Shown here: piece by piece, positions 28,851-37,515 of the stretch
How positions within the stretch are numbered: position 1 is the first letter of the stretch
Layout: every line of letters starts with the position of its first letter
Assembly (NCBI GenBank): GCA_001783335.1
Contig: MFLU01000002.1
Span: forward strand, 4,948-68,947
Length of the DNA: 64,000 nucleotides
Reading direction: 5' to 3'
Source of the DNA: Candidatus Kaiserbacteria bacterium RIFCSPLOWO2_01_FULL_50_24
GTDB taxonomy: Bacteria; Patescibacteriota; Minisyncoccia; Phycocordibacterales; UBA2100
Translations under genes and position numbers: made by a program
The notes under the pieces: model-generated
What the model was told of the DNA's origin: nothing
Databases searched by the model: none
What the model saw: only the letters and a program-made list of their open reading frames with translations

Positions 28851-29945
28851 CTACCTGTTCAGCGGCATCACGAGATAGAGAAACGAGCTGTCAGAGACGC
28901 CTTTAATAACAAGGGGCTTCCCGACACCCGAAAACGACAACGTGACGCTGTCAGACTCAATGGAAGGAAGACATTCAGCGACGTAGCCAATGTGAAAATT
29001 TATATCCAAATCCTCACCGGAGAGCGCCGCGTCCAAAGTGTCAGACATTTCCCCAATATCAGCATCACGCGCGGTCATGGAAAAAACTTTTCGCTTCGGA
29101 TACAGATGAAACCCGACGCTCTGATCGCTTCCGGAGAAAATACGTGCCTTTTTGAGAATATCGGAAAAATCGCTCTTAAGAAGAGTCGCTTCCGTTTCGA
29201 ACGATTTAGGTATTATTTCTTTATAATTCGGAAATACCCCATCAATAACACGAGACATGAATCGCACCCCACCTCCTGAAATAGTCATCTGCGACTCTTC
29301 AAGAACGACAGACACTTCATCGGCATGAATTCTCTCAAGAATATAACTCAATTCAAGCGCGTGTTTTAGCGGGATAAGTACTTCCCCCTCTCCTTCCCTC
29401 ACGGACCTTTGTACCGTTTTCTCGGCTAAACGGAACGAATCAGTAGCAACAGTAATGAGTGACTTTCCGGTTGTGGTGAGGTACACACTTCCTATTTCCG
29501 GACGAATTACAGAAGTTGACGCGGCATACGAAACTGACTGAATACTCGCGAGAAGATTTATCCTCTCTATCTGCACACCCTTCTTTTTACTCGGTGAAAA
29601 TTCCGGAAATTCGCTGTCTGAAACTGTTTTTATAAGTGTTTTTGTATGTTTTGACTCAACGCATAAATTTTCACCATCCTTTTTAAGAATGACTTTTTCT
29701 GTTTGTATCGACCTGATTGTTTGCGAGAGAATAGATGCAGAAACAGCAACTTTACCTTTTTCTATAATTTCTCCACCAATAACACACTCAACTCCTGCTT
29801 CAAGATTTGTGGCTGATAATAAAATAATATCCGATACTTTTAAAACAACACAAGATAATACAGGAAGAGTTTCTTTTTTACCAGTAACACGTTCTATAAT
29901 TGAGAGTAATGAGATAAGTAAATTTTTTGGAACTATAACTTTCAT
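28851..29945 (-). CDS. dnaN: DNA polymerase III beta clamp
   Basis: ATNLE, VATDSFRLA, FPNY..IIP, LVMP; next to dnaA. Confidence 0.97.
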   Translation of the reverse strand: MKVIVPKNLLISLLSIIERVTGKKETLPVLSCVVLKVSDIILLSATNLEAGVECVIGGEIIEKGKVAVSASILSQTIRSIQTEKVILKKDGENLCVESKHTKTLIKTVSDSEFPEFSPSKKKGVQIERINLLASIQSVSYAASTSVIRPEIGSVYLTTTGKSLITVATDSFRLAEKTVQRSVREGEGEVLIPLKHALELSYILERIHADEVSVVLEESQMTISGGGVRFMSRVIDGVFPNYKEIIPKSFETEATLLKSDFSDILKKARIFSGSDQSVGFHLYPKRKVFSMTARDADIGEMSDTLDAALSGEDLDINFHIGYVAECLPSIESDSVTLSFSGVGKPLVIKGVSDSSFLYLVMPLNR

Positions 29946-30135
29946 ATTTATATATTTATAATTAATAGTTATTATTATTAATACTGTGGATAGGTGGTAA
30001 AGTATATTTTAAATATATAAAATGTATGTTTTTAAGTAACTCTATTTGTGTATAAAGTGTTTATAGATAGTTAATAACGGCGTATGTAAATATATATATT
30101 TTTTATACACGTTATAATACGGTGTTATACACAGG
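29946..30135. other. Probable oriC
   Basis: Very AT-rich dnaA-dnaN spacer; DnaA boxes at 29985 (TGTGGATAG), 30047 (TGTGTATAA), 30103 and 30125 (TTATACACA); TAA/TTA trio run at ~29966-29984. Confidence 0.85.
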
Positions 30136-31479
30136 TTATATACGGACCAGAGAACATATGTGTTCTATTTCCTGCTCTAAGGCAGTGTCCCGCTTTATTT
30201 CTTCTTTTATTTTTTCACACGAGTGAATAACGGTGGTATGGTCTCTCCCACCGATTTTTTCTCCTATAGATGGATACGAGATATTGAACTCTTCCCGAAG
30301 AATATACATAATAATTTGCCGCGGCTTAACCACCTCCTTCTTTCTTGTCTTCTCGTAAATACTTTTTTCGTTTATGTCGTAGTATGCCGCTACACGTCTT
30401 ACCACCTCCTCCGTCGGTATTCCTTTTGCCGGTTTTAAGTTGTGTTTTATTAGTGTTTGGACGTCGTTAAGTGATACCGGTTTCCCTTTTAACTGTGATT
30501 TACACACAATCATATTGAGTATTCCCTCAAGTTCTCGTATATTTCCGCGCACGTGTTCCGCTACATGGGTAATAATGTCGTCTGGTATCGAAAACCCATG
30601 TAGTTCAATTTTTGCTCTGATTATGGCAGTTCTCGATTCAATATCCGGTTCTGGTATTTCTGCTATCATACCAGCGCCGAATCGACCCTTTAGGCGCTCC
30701 TCGAATCCAGGAAGCATGGCAGGGTGTTTATCCGAAGAAAAGATTATTTGTTTATTGTTGTCGTGCATGGCGTTGAATAAGTGGAAGAGTTCTTCTTGTG
30801 TTTTTTCGGTTTTTGCGATAAATTGCACGTCGTCCATAATGAGGACGTCGTGGCTTCGGTACTGGTCTTTAAAACTGTTCCCGCGTCCAGATGTGATTGC
30901 GTTGACAAAATCCACCATGAATTTTTCGGAAGTCACATAGAATATTTTTTTATTAGAGTGTGTTCTTTTGAAGCAGTTCCCTATCGCCTGTATAAGGTGT
31001 GTTTTTCCGTGCCCTGTAGCGCCATAAATAAAAAGCGGGTTATAGGTGAGCGCTGGTCTCTCCACGACCGCGCGCGCAGCGGCGTGTGCGAGCTGGTTGA
31101 AAGGGCCAACGATGAATGTCTCAAAGGTGTAACGAGGGTTCAGGTTGTCGCGCTTGTCTATGTAGAGCGCCTGGAGGTCTATGGAAGCATTTTCTCGGAC
31201 TCGTTCGGGCTTTCTATCCTGTGTGTTTTGGGTGCGGTGCACCACATACTCTACGGTGCGAACCGACGGATCCAAACTACGGAGTGTTTTTATGATAATC
31301 TTGTGATGCTTGTTCGTGAGCCACTCCTTGACGATTTTGGACGGCACTGCGACGTACACGGTGGCTCCATCTCTATTTACAATATCAGTATTCCGAAACC
31401 ATGTACGGAAACTCGTTTGCGACGTACCGAGTTCTATTTGAGTCAGCGCGCTTTGCCAAAGCTCTCGGTTGGAGGTCAT
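30136..31479 (-). CDS. dnaA: Replication initiator DnaA
   Basis: YNPLFIYG.TG.GKTHL, DDVQF, NIRELEG, GGRDHTTVIH. Confidence 0.99.
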   Translation of the reverse strand: MTSNRELWQSALTQIELGTSQTSFRTWFRNTDIVNRDGATVYVAVPSKIVKEWLTNKHHKIIIKTLRSLDPSVRTVEYVVHRTQNTQDRKPERVRENASIDLQALYIDKRDNLNPRYTFETFIVGPFNQLAHAAARAVVERPALTYNPLFIYGATGHGKTHLIQAIGNCFKRTHSNKKIFYVTSEKFMVDFVNAITSGRGNSFKDQYRSHDVLIMDDVQFIAKTEKTQEELFHLFNAMHDNNKQIIFSSDKHPAMLPGFEERLKGRFGAGMIAEIPEPDIESRTAIIRAKIELHGFSIPDDIITHVAEHVRGNIRELEGILNMIVCKSQLKGKPVSLNDVQTLIKHNLKPAKGIPTEEVVRRVAAYYDINEKSIYEKTRKKEVVKPRQIIMYILREEFNISYPSIGEKIGGRDHTTVIHSCEKIKEEIKRDTALEQEIEHICSLVRI

Positions 31480-31701
31480 TGGTAGATTATACGTGTGTGT
31501 CAAAGGTACTCTATTGACGCGCTTCCCTCCCTAGTGTTTATAAACATGTGTACAGTGGGGGGATAACTCTGGAGGCTGGAGGCTTGAGGCTGGAAACTGG
31601 AAAGAACAAATGCAGACAACCCTGGAGGCTAGAACTCTGGAGGGCCGGAAGATGGATGAGATTGCGTTGCTGTTTAGGCCGATTACCCTTATAATACAAA
31701 G

Positions 31702-31839
31702 ATGGTGAAACGTACATACCAGCCAAAGAAACGGAAGCGGGTTAGGGCGCACGGATACAGGAAGCGTCTTAAAACAACTGCCGGAAAGCGGGTTCTTCTT
31801 CGCCGCCGTCGCAAAGGGCGCACTCGACTTGCACAATAG
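31702..31839 (+). CDS. rpmH: 50S ribosomal protein L34 (absent from the ORF track)
   Basis: Manual translation: [45 protein letters not shown]. Confidence 0.97.
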   Translation: MVKRTYQPKKRKRVRAHGYRKRLKTTAGKRVLLRRRRKGRTRLAQ

Positions 31840-31853
31840 CCGCACTCTCAACC

Positions 31854-32183
31854 GTGCTACCCAAGAAATATAGGATTTCAGCCGAGCTTTTTGCCAAGCT
31901 CCGTCGCCCGACCCGCTTGAGCGGCACGTTTCATACAGTATCTTTATACACACTGCCTCCCGGAAGCAACTCCAGAGCCGCATGTGTGGTATCACGAAAA
32001 ATTTCAACGAGCGCCGTGGTGCGCAACCGCATTCGCCGTCGTGTATATACGGCACTCCACCCGATCCTTCCCCGCCTTAAGTCCCCGACCGCCGTTGTTA
32101 TATACCCGAAACACACTACCACTTCAGTTACCTATGAAGAAGCGCGGAGCGACATTGAAAAACTTTTAGTGGGTCTACTCTAA
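31854..32183 (+). CDS. rnpA: RNase P protein component
   Basis: VVSRKI..SAVVRNRIRR; lies after rpmH. Confidence 0.93.
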   Translation: MLPKKYRISAELFAKLRRPTRLSGTFHTVSLYTLPPGSNSRAACVVSRKISTSAVVRNRIRRRVYTALHPILPRLKSPTAVVIYPKHTTTSVTYEEARSDIEKLLVGLL

Positions 32184-32259
32184 CCTACCATAAGGCCTCC
32201 TCCGAGATATTCCTCCGAAACAAAAAGTACCAATACGGTGTATAGTATATCGTGAGAGC

Positions 32260-32545
32260 GAAGCACAAACACTAAAAACCACAGGGCACAAATTTCACAA
32301 AACACAAAATATAAAAGACATGCACAAAACACAGATATGTACAGAGCACAAATAAAACACAGAACACAAACTGCCAAAAGCACAAACGCCGCACCCGTTT
32401 TGGTCTTTGAAAAGTTTGTGTTTTTGGTCTTTATTTGGGTTTTGGTTCCTGTGCTTTGTGTTTTTAATCGCTCTGGTTCCTGCCTGCCCCGTAGCCAGAG
32501 CGGAGCGATGTGGTACTGGGGTGCTTTGTGTTTTTAATCGTTCCC
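32260..32545. repeat. AAACAC/GTGTTT low-complexity quasi-palindrome (family III)
   Basis: A/C-rich arm then G/T-rich arm; similar element at 40345-40510. Confidence 0.7.
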
Positions 32546-32554
32546 TAGCACTTT

Positions 32555-33307
32555 ATGTTCTCGACGATTTTTCATGCAGCTGTATACGACCCGCTCTACA
32601 ACGGCCTCGTGTTTCTTGTGGACGTCGTGCCCGGGCACGACATGGGGCTCGCGGTTGTGGCCCTCACCATTATTGTGCGGATTATTTTTTATCCTCTCTC
32701 GCGGCAGGCCGTTCTTACGCAAGAGGCGATGAAGCGTATCGCGCCGGAGGTTGAGGCACTCAAAGAAAAGTACAAAGAGAAAAAAGAGGAACAGGCACGC
32801 GAAATTTTCGCGCTTTACAAAAAATATAACATACGCCCATTCTCGAGTGTTCTTCTCATGCTCGTCCAGCTTCCCATTCTCCTAGGCCTCTACTGGGTGT
32901 TCGCATGGGGAGGTTTTCCGGAAGTGGACGCGTCGCTTTTGTACTCATTCGTCCCCTCTCCAGTAGGCGTCGTTGACATGAATTTTTTAGGCTTTATTCC
33001 GATGGATGGACATAGTGTTATTCTCGCGATACTTGCCGGTGTGACTCAAATAATTTACACGCGCCTCTCTATGGGGCCGCGCAAAAAACACACGAAGCCC
33101 ATGGGCGACTCCTTCTCTTCCGACATGGCGCGCAGTTTTGACATTCAGATGCGCTATGTCTTCCCCATTCTCATTGCGGTCATTTCTTACACGGTCGTGG
33201 CGGCGGCTCCTCTCTACTGGGTGACAAGCAACTCGTTCCTCATTATGCAGGAATACATTACCGGCAAGCGATTCACCGCAGCGGAGAAGAAGGAAGACAA
33301 TCTCTAG
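32555..33307 (+). CDS. yidC: Membrane protein insertase YidC (short form)
   Basis: LTIIVR..YPL...M..I.PE...QLPI...LYW..SN. Confidence 0.95.
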   Translation: MFSTIFHAAVYDPLYNGLVFLVDVVPGHDMGLAVVALTIIVRIIFYPLSRQAVLTQEAMKRIAPEVEALKEKYKEKKEEQAREIFALYKKYNIRPFSSVLLMLVQLPILLGLYWVFAWGGFPEVDASLLYSFVPSPVGVVDMNFLGFIPMDGHSVILAILAGVTQIIYTRLSMGPRKKHTKPMGDSFSSDMARSFDIQMRYVFPILIAVISYTVVAAAPLYWVTSNSFLIMQEYITGKRFTAAEKKEDNL

Positions 33308-33311
33308 AGAA

Positions 33312-33485
33312 CACAGAAACCAAGCGAACGCTGAAATTCCAAGCACCAAGCACCAAATTACAAACAATATCTAAATTACAATTACTAAATAAAAAACACG
33401 GCCCGTTTTGAATTTGTTATTTTGGTGATTCGAATTTGTTTGGGATTTGTAGTTTGGATTTTTTTGGGATGTTTGTGTTTTGTGA
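33312..33485. repeat. Family I quasi-palindrome copy
   Basis: Same AAATTCCAAGCACC core. Confidence 0.85.
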
Positions 33486-33548
33486 GTGTCTTGTGACCAA
33501 GGTTGTCTCAGGCTGGAACACAAAGGATTTTTATGGTACACAGAGTGG

Positions 33549-34004
33549 ATGTCTGATGTCACAGCTGTAATCCAAGGTGTTTTGAACGCCGCAGGCGTGT
33601 CCTTCAAGGGCGCAGACTCACGCGAGGTGGCTGGTCAAACTATCTACAACATTGAAACGGAGAATCACATGCTCATTGGCCTTCGCGGCGATACGGTTCA
33701 CGCCCTTGACACGCTCGTGAAAAGAATCGTTGAGAAACAATCCGGCGCGGCAGACGGAGATGAGCGCGCACAGTTTCTCGTGGATGTTAACGGATATCGC
33801 GCAAAACATATTGAAGATCTAAAAGCCAAGGCGCTCATAATGGCGGAACGAGCACGGTCATTCCAATATGACGTAGAGCTGACGCCCATGAACGCTTACG
33901 AGCGCCTCATTGTGCACACTTCGCTTACGGATGCGCCGAATATCAAAACAGAATCACAAGGAGAAGGCCGCGGCCGCCGTGTGGTCATCCGCTACGTTTC
34001 GTAA
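33549..34004 (+). CDS. jag: Jag/KhpB KH-R3H RNA-binding protein (short form)
   Basis: LIG.RG.T..AL, VDVNGYR, PMNAYER..VH, TES.GEG..R.VVI. Confidence 0.92.
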   Translation: MSDVTAVIQGVLNAAGVSFKGADSREVAGQTIYNIETENHMLIGLRGDTVHALDTLVKRIVEKQSGAADGDERAQFLVDVNGYRAKHIEDLKAKALIMAERARSFQYDVELTPMNAYERLIVHTSLTDAPNIKTESQGEGRGRRVVIRYVS

Positions 34005-34024
34005 ACCCCCCACGCCTTTGGGGG

Positions 34025-34161
34025 TAAACCACCCAGAGCGTAGGAGTTCAGCCCCAACTTTGCACTCGGTACTCTGTAGCTCTGGTTATACGAACGCATG
34101 CGTTTGTGTTCCGTATCACAACAAAACTCTCACTGCAAAATTGGGGCCGGACGACGGAGCG
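34025..34161 (-). repeat. Post-stop cassette type A, copy 2
   Basis: Homologous to 3119-3258. Confidence 0.85.
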
Positions 34162-34163
34162 AC

Positions 34164-34553
34164 TCACTGGGCCTGCCGCAAACTGCGTATCGCGTCCAAG
34201 TTTAAAATATCGGGATTTATCTGGTAGAGAATGATATATACCGCGATGAGGAGGAGGAGCCCCAATGCAACATCTTGCAATATCTCACGCCCCTTTTGTT
34301 TTGACGGCCATAAGTCACTCGCAATATAGAGGTATCCGGCCCACGCAATGCGCATGACGGCGAGAATCGCCCCGACACTTATCGCTATTTTGAACGCGTT
34401 GTTGATAAACGTCGCAAGATCTTGATTGGGATTCACTATCTGTGAGAGCGCCGGTGACAGATTGTCATCTGTCAAATTGAACACCGCCTGATACATGCCG
34501 GCTGTGTAGAGGGAGTGTATATAGTCACGAAATTTTTTGTAGATATTGGCCAT
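34164..34553 (-). CDS. VirB2/TrbC-like pilin
   Basis: Two TM segments; AV..I..AG..Y...K.GR..L....LGL......IL..INP. Confidence 0.75.
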   Translation of the reverse strand: MANIYKKFRDYIHSLYTAGMYQAVFNLTDDNLSPALSQIVNPNQDLATFINNAFKIAISVGAILAVMRIAWAGYLYIASDLWPSKQKGREILQDVALGLLLLIAVYIILYQINPDILNLDAIRSLRQAQ

Positions 34554-34672
34554 ACTTATTGTCAGTTGACGACAGAATGTAAAAATAAAACATCAAAAAT
34601 CAAAATAACAGTTTAAAATCTAAAATGGCCGCCCATGAGCGCAGAATAACATGTTGCAGTTTTGCATTGCAT

Positions 34673-34744
34673 GCCCCGTACCAAAATCAGCAGGTATCCT
34701 CATATTATTGAAGTGGTCGAATGTTGAGATTTTTGGTGCGGGGT
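34673..34744. repeat. CCCCG(T/C)ACC-ended hairpin nested in a family II repeat
   Basis: Same ends as 42366-42435 with a different interior. Confidence 0.85.
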
Positions 34745-34775
34745 AATTTTTCATTTTGAAATTTACATTTTTATT

Positions 34776-36062
34776 TTAGCGTAGCGAGAGTACCCACAGA
34801 GACCAGTCCTGCGCGTTGCGGAACGCAAGGTACGCGCCGTCGTCGCTCACAACGGGTACTTCAGCGTCAATCAAGAAGCCCTCCTCAATACCCGGATCAA
34901 ATAATTGTTTCGCTGTGCCGAGTTCTACATTTATTTCCCACCACACATCGCTTGTGTGCGTTTCGCCCCGATACCAGCGATTCAAAAACTCGCTATCCGT
35001 GTTTCCGTGTGGCACGGCACAGTATGCCACGCTCCCACTTGGCGCGAACGCACACTTCTCTGCAATGGTGGAAAGTGGCAATAAGGCAGGTTCATCCACA
35101 CTGCTTTTCTGCACATACAGCGAGAGTTTTCCTTTCTCGGACGCGCCATAGAGGATTGCGGACGAAGACGCGTGGATCGCTATGGTGAGTCCCGGTATGT
35201 TTCGTACGACAGGGACAATTTTGTTTGGAGTGGTAGCGTCGTATGCGTGCCCAACCACGTTGTCTGCCGGGCGTGTTGCCACGATAATGCGGTCTTTGTT
35301 TGCATAGTAAACAGTCCAGTCGCGCGTTCCAAACGTAGCGATACGTTTTTTATTCCCCCCGTTCGCGCTCGCCAACATGAGCGCCACGCCACCGTTTCCG
35401 TCTGGAGCAAGGTACGAGATTGTGTCACCCGAAGGCGAGATCGCAAGCGAGAGGATACGCTCTTCCAGCTCGTTCGAGACGAGGGATTTTGCGCTTGATG
35501 AGGAGATAACAACTCCAGTTTTTGTAATCAGCGTTCCGTCCTCAATACCACGGAGAAATACACGCTCTCCGGCAAACAACGCCTCTTTTACCCACGGCAC
35601 AAGCGTGTTGGTCAGGCGCGAGACGGCGCGTGTTCCCACATGGGCCTCTAGTACGTTTCCCGTAGCGCGTTCCACAAAACGGAGCGTTGTTGTCCCGCCA
35701 GCGGTCGTAAAAGCCATGCCTGCCGTTGGAAGCGCGCTTGCATGCCATAGCCGCGGGCGACTCGTCTCGTTCTCTTCCTCTCTAAAAAACACGAACGGCT
35801 GGACGGCTTTCTTTGTGGCGTCCTGTACGCTACGCCAGAGTGGCACGGAAGGGATGGAGTGTACGAGATTTAGGTAGGTGCTGCCTCCGGAGGATGTAAA
35901 CTCCGGAGCGCTTATATCAAGCCCTCGCGCTGTATCAATGATCCGTTGGGACCTCGTCTCGCTTTTCAGGAAAAAATACCACCAGCCAAGGAGTCCGAGT
36001 GATACGACTATAATGCCAATGAGGGCTATGCGAACGGACTTTTGTATTGTGTTGTTGTGCAT
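34776..36062 (-). CDS. Membrane-anchored hypothetical protein, beta-propeller-like
   Basis: N-terminal TM; SPSGD, FAPSG, VSDDG..L.F blade-like motifs. Confidence 0.75.
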   Translation of the reverse strand: MHNNTIQKSVRIALIGIIVVSLGLLGWWYFFLKSETRSQRIIDTARGLDISAPEFTSSGGSTYLNLVHSIPSVPLWRSVQDATKKAVQPFVFFREEENETSRPRLWHASALPTAGMAFTTAGGTTTLRFVERATGNVLEAHVGTRAVSRLTNTLVPWVKEALFAGERVFLRGIEDGTLITKTGVVISSSSAKSLVSNELEERILSLAISPSGDTISYLAPDGNGGVALMLASANGGNKKRIATFGTRDWTVYYANKDRIIVATRPADNVVGHAYDATTPNKIVPVVRNIPGLTIAIHASSSAILYGASEKGKLSLYVQKSSVDEPALLPLSTIAEKCAFAPSGSVAYCAVPHGNTDSEFLNRWYRGETHTSDVWWEINVELGTAKQLFDPGIEEGFLIDAEVPVVSDDGAYLAFRNAQDWSLWVLSLR

Positions 36063-36146
36063 ACGCGGCTAGTGAGTTAGTACAAGTTAAAAAGTAAAAA
36101 TGAAAAGGTAAAAATTACAGTTAAAAGTTAAAAGCTACTGGCGACG

Positions 36147-36295
36147 TAAGCAAAGCTTTCCGGCAGCACTCGTTCGGAAACGGAAAAATGAATTTTCCCG
36201 TTTCGCTCACTCGCTTGCCGATAAGCAAAGCTTTCCGGCAGCGCTCGTTCGGAAACGGAAAAATGAATTTTCCCGTTTCGCTCACTCGCTTGCCG
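36147..36295. repeat. 75-bp tandem duplication nested in a family II repeat
   Basis: Units start at 36147 and 36222; near-identical. Confidence 0.92.
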
Positions 36296-36491
36296 GTAGA
36301 GCGAGCGAAATGTAAAAGTACTCTTTTGCATTTCCGAGCCGAGCCTGCCCGAACGACCGTTCGGTCGGGCGGGGAGCCAGAAACCGGCGCGCCGGTTTAC
36401 ATCCACGTCGAGGGTACTCTTTGACCTAACTTTTAATTTTCCATTGTCGTTTTTCATTTTTCACTTTTAGTTTTTAACTGTCGGGCACACT

Positions 36492-37511
36492 CTACTCATT
36501 ACCAAAAAAGCCACTTTGGGTCGTCGGCTCAAATGTTATATTCCACGTGTTCCGCGCATTTTGCAGCCAATTTACGGCATGGCTGAATATAAGTTCTATC
36601 TGCGCCACCACCTGAGCTCCTTCCGTGCGTATAGTAATTTGATTTTGTTCGCTACCTGGCACGAGCGAGCGATTTACGCCCCAGTTGAATATATAGTCAT
36701 TCTGTTCTCTCGCCGTGTCTGCGTAATAGGGAGTGGCGGTGAAGGTTGCCTCTCGGTCGTCAAAAAAAGCGTTCTCTTGTATAGCCGCATTGGTGAGCAC
36801 TCCAAAAAGCGGATGTTCATGGTATAGCAAAAGCACGGGTTCGTATGAAGAAATGCGCTCTGATGCGTAGCCGCGATATGTATCGTCCGACGATGTTACC
36901 GTTACTGAAAGGATGTGTGAGCCGAATAACGGTGGAGTTGGCACTTCCACAATATTTTTCCCGCGTCCCGAAACGCTAATGAGCACATGGTTGTTCCTGC
37001 GCCACGTGTAGGTAAGTTCGTTCGACTCCAGTGTGCTGCCGTTTGCGCGGCGGAATCGTGTCAGCGCTTCTGCGCGCATGGTCACTCCTGCCGATGGAAG
37101 CGCGCGTCCGCGAAAAAATGGCGGCACGTATGAGTTCGCGCTCCAATGGAGGTCAACCTCCGTGGGGCGTATCGTAACAAGTCCGACGGCGCGCGCCCCG
37201 TCCGGTGAAATCGCGGCCACCTCCACCGACACACTCGTCCCACTCGCTCCAAGCGTGACCGTAGCGCTTCGCACGCCGGTTCCCGATGTAATCCGTTTCC
37301 CATTCGCACTCCACGATATGGCGCTTTCTCCAAGCTCAAGAACGTTTCCGATGACACGGAGAGTAACGATCTCAAATGGCGCCGGGTACGCGGGGTCAAC
37401 TTCAATAGATAACGGATCGACGGGAGAGAGGAGCGTTTGTCCATGTGCGGCAAGCGGTATCATACATACCGTCATGATAAGCAGTCGAAAACACCACATG
37501 CTCGTTGTCAT
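36492..37511 (-). CDS. Secreted protein with Ig/PKD-like repeats
   Basis: Signal peptide; ISW..NG, YTW..N, FNW.VN; YVPPFFRGRALP. Confidence 0.8.
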   Translation of the reverse strand: MTTSMWCFRLLIMTVCMIPLAAHGQTLLSPVDPLSIEVDPAYPAPFEIVTLRVIGNVLELGESAISWSANGKRITSGTGVRSATVTLGASGTSVSVEVAAISPDGARAVGLVTIRPTEVDLHWSANSYVPPFFRGRALPSAGVTMRAEALTRFRRANGSTLESNELTYTWRRNNHVLISVSGRGKNIVEVPTPPLFGSHILSVTVTSSDDTYRGYASERISSYEPVLLLYHEHPLFGVLTNAAIQENAFFDDREATFTATPYYADTAREQNDYIFNWGVNRSLVPGSEQNQITIRTEGAQVVAQIELIFSHAVNWLQNARNTWNITFEPTTQSGFFGNE

Positions 37512-37515
37512 ATAT

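Noticed and set aside
28482-29279. 265-aa plus-strand ORF
   Set aside because: Runs through repeats and is antisense to dnaN
32184-32554. yidD between rnpA and yidC
   Set aside because: Only low-complexity repeat sequence; no CRFxPTCS motif
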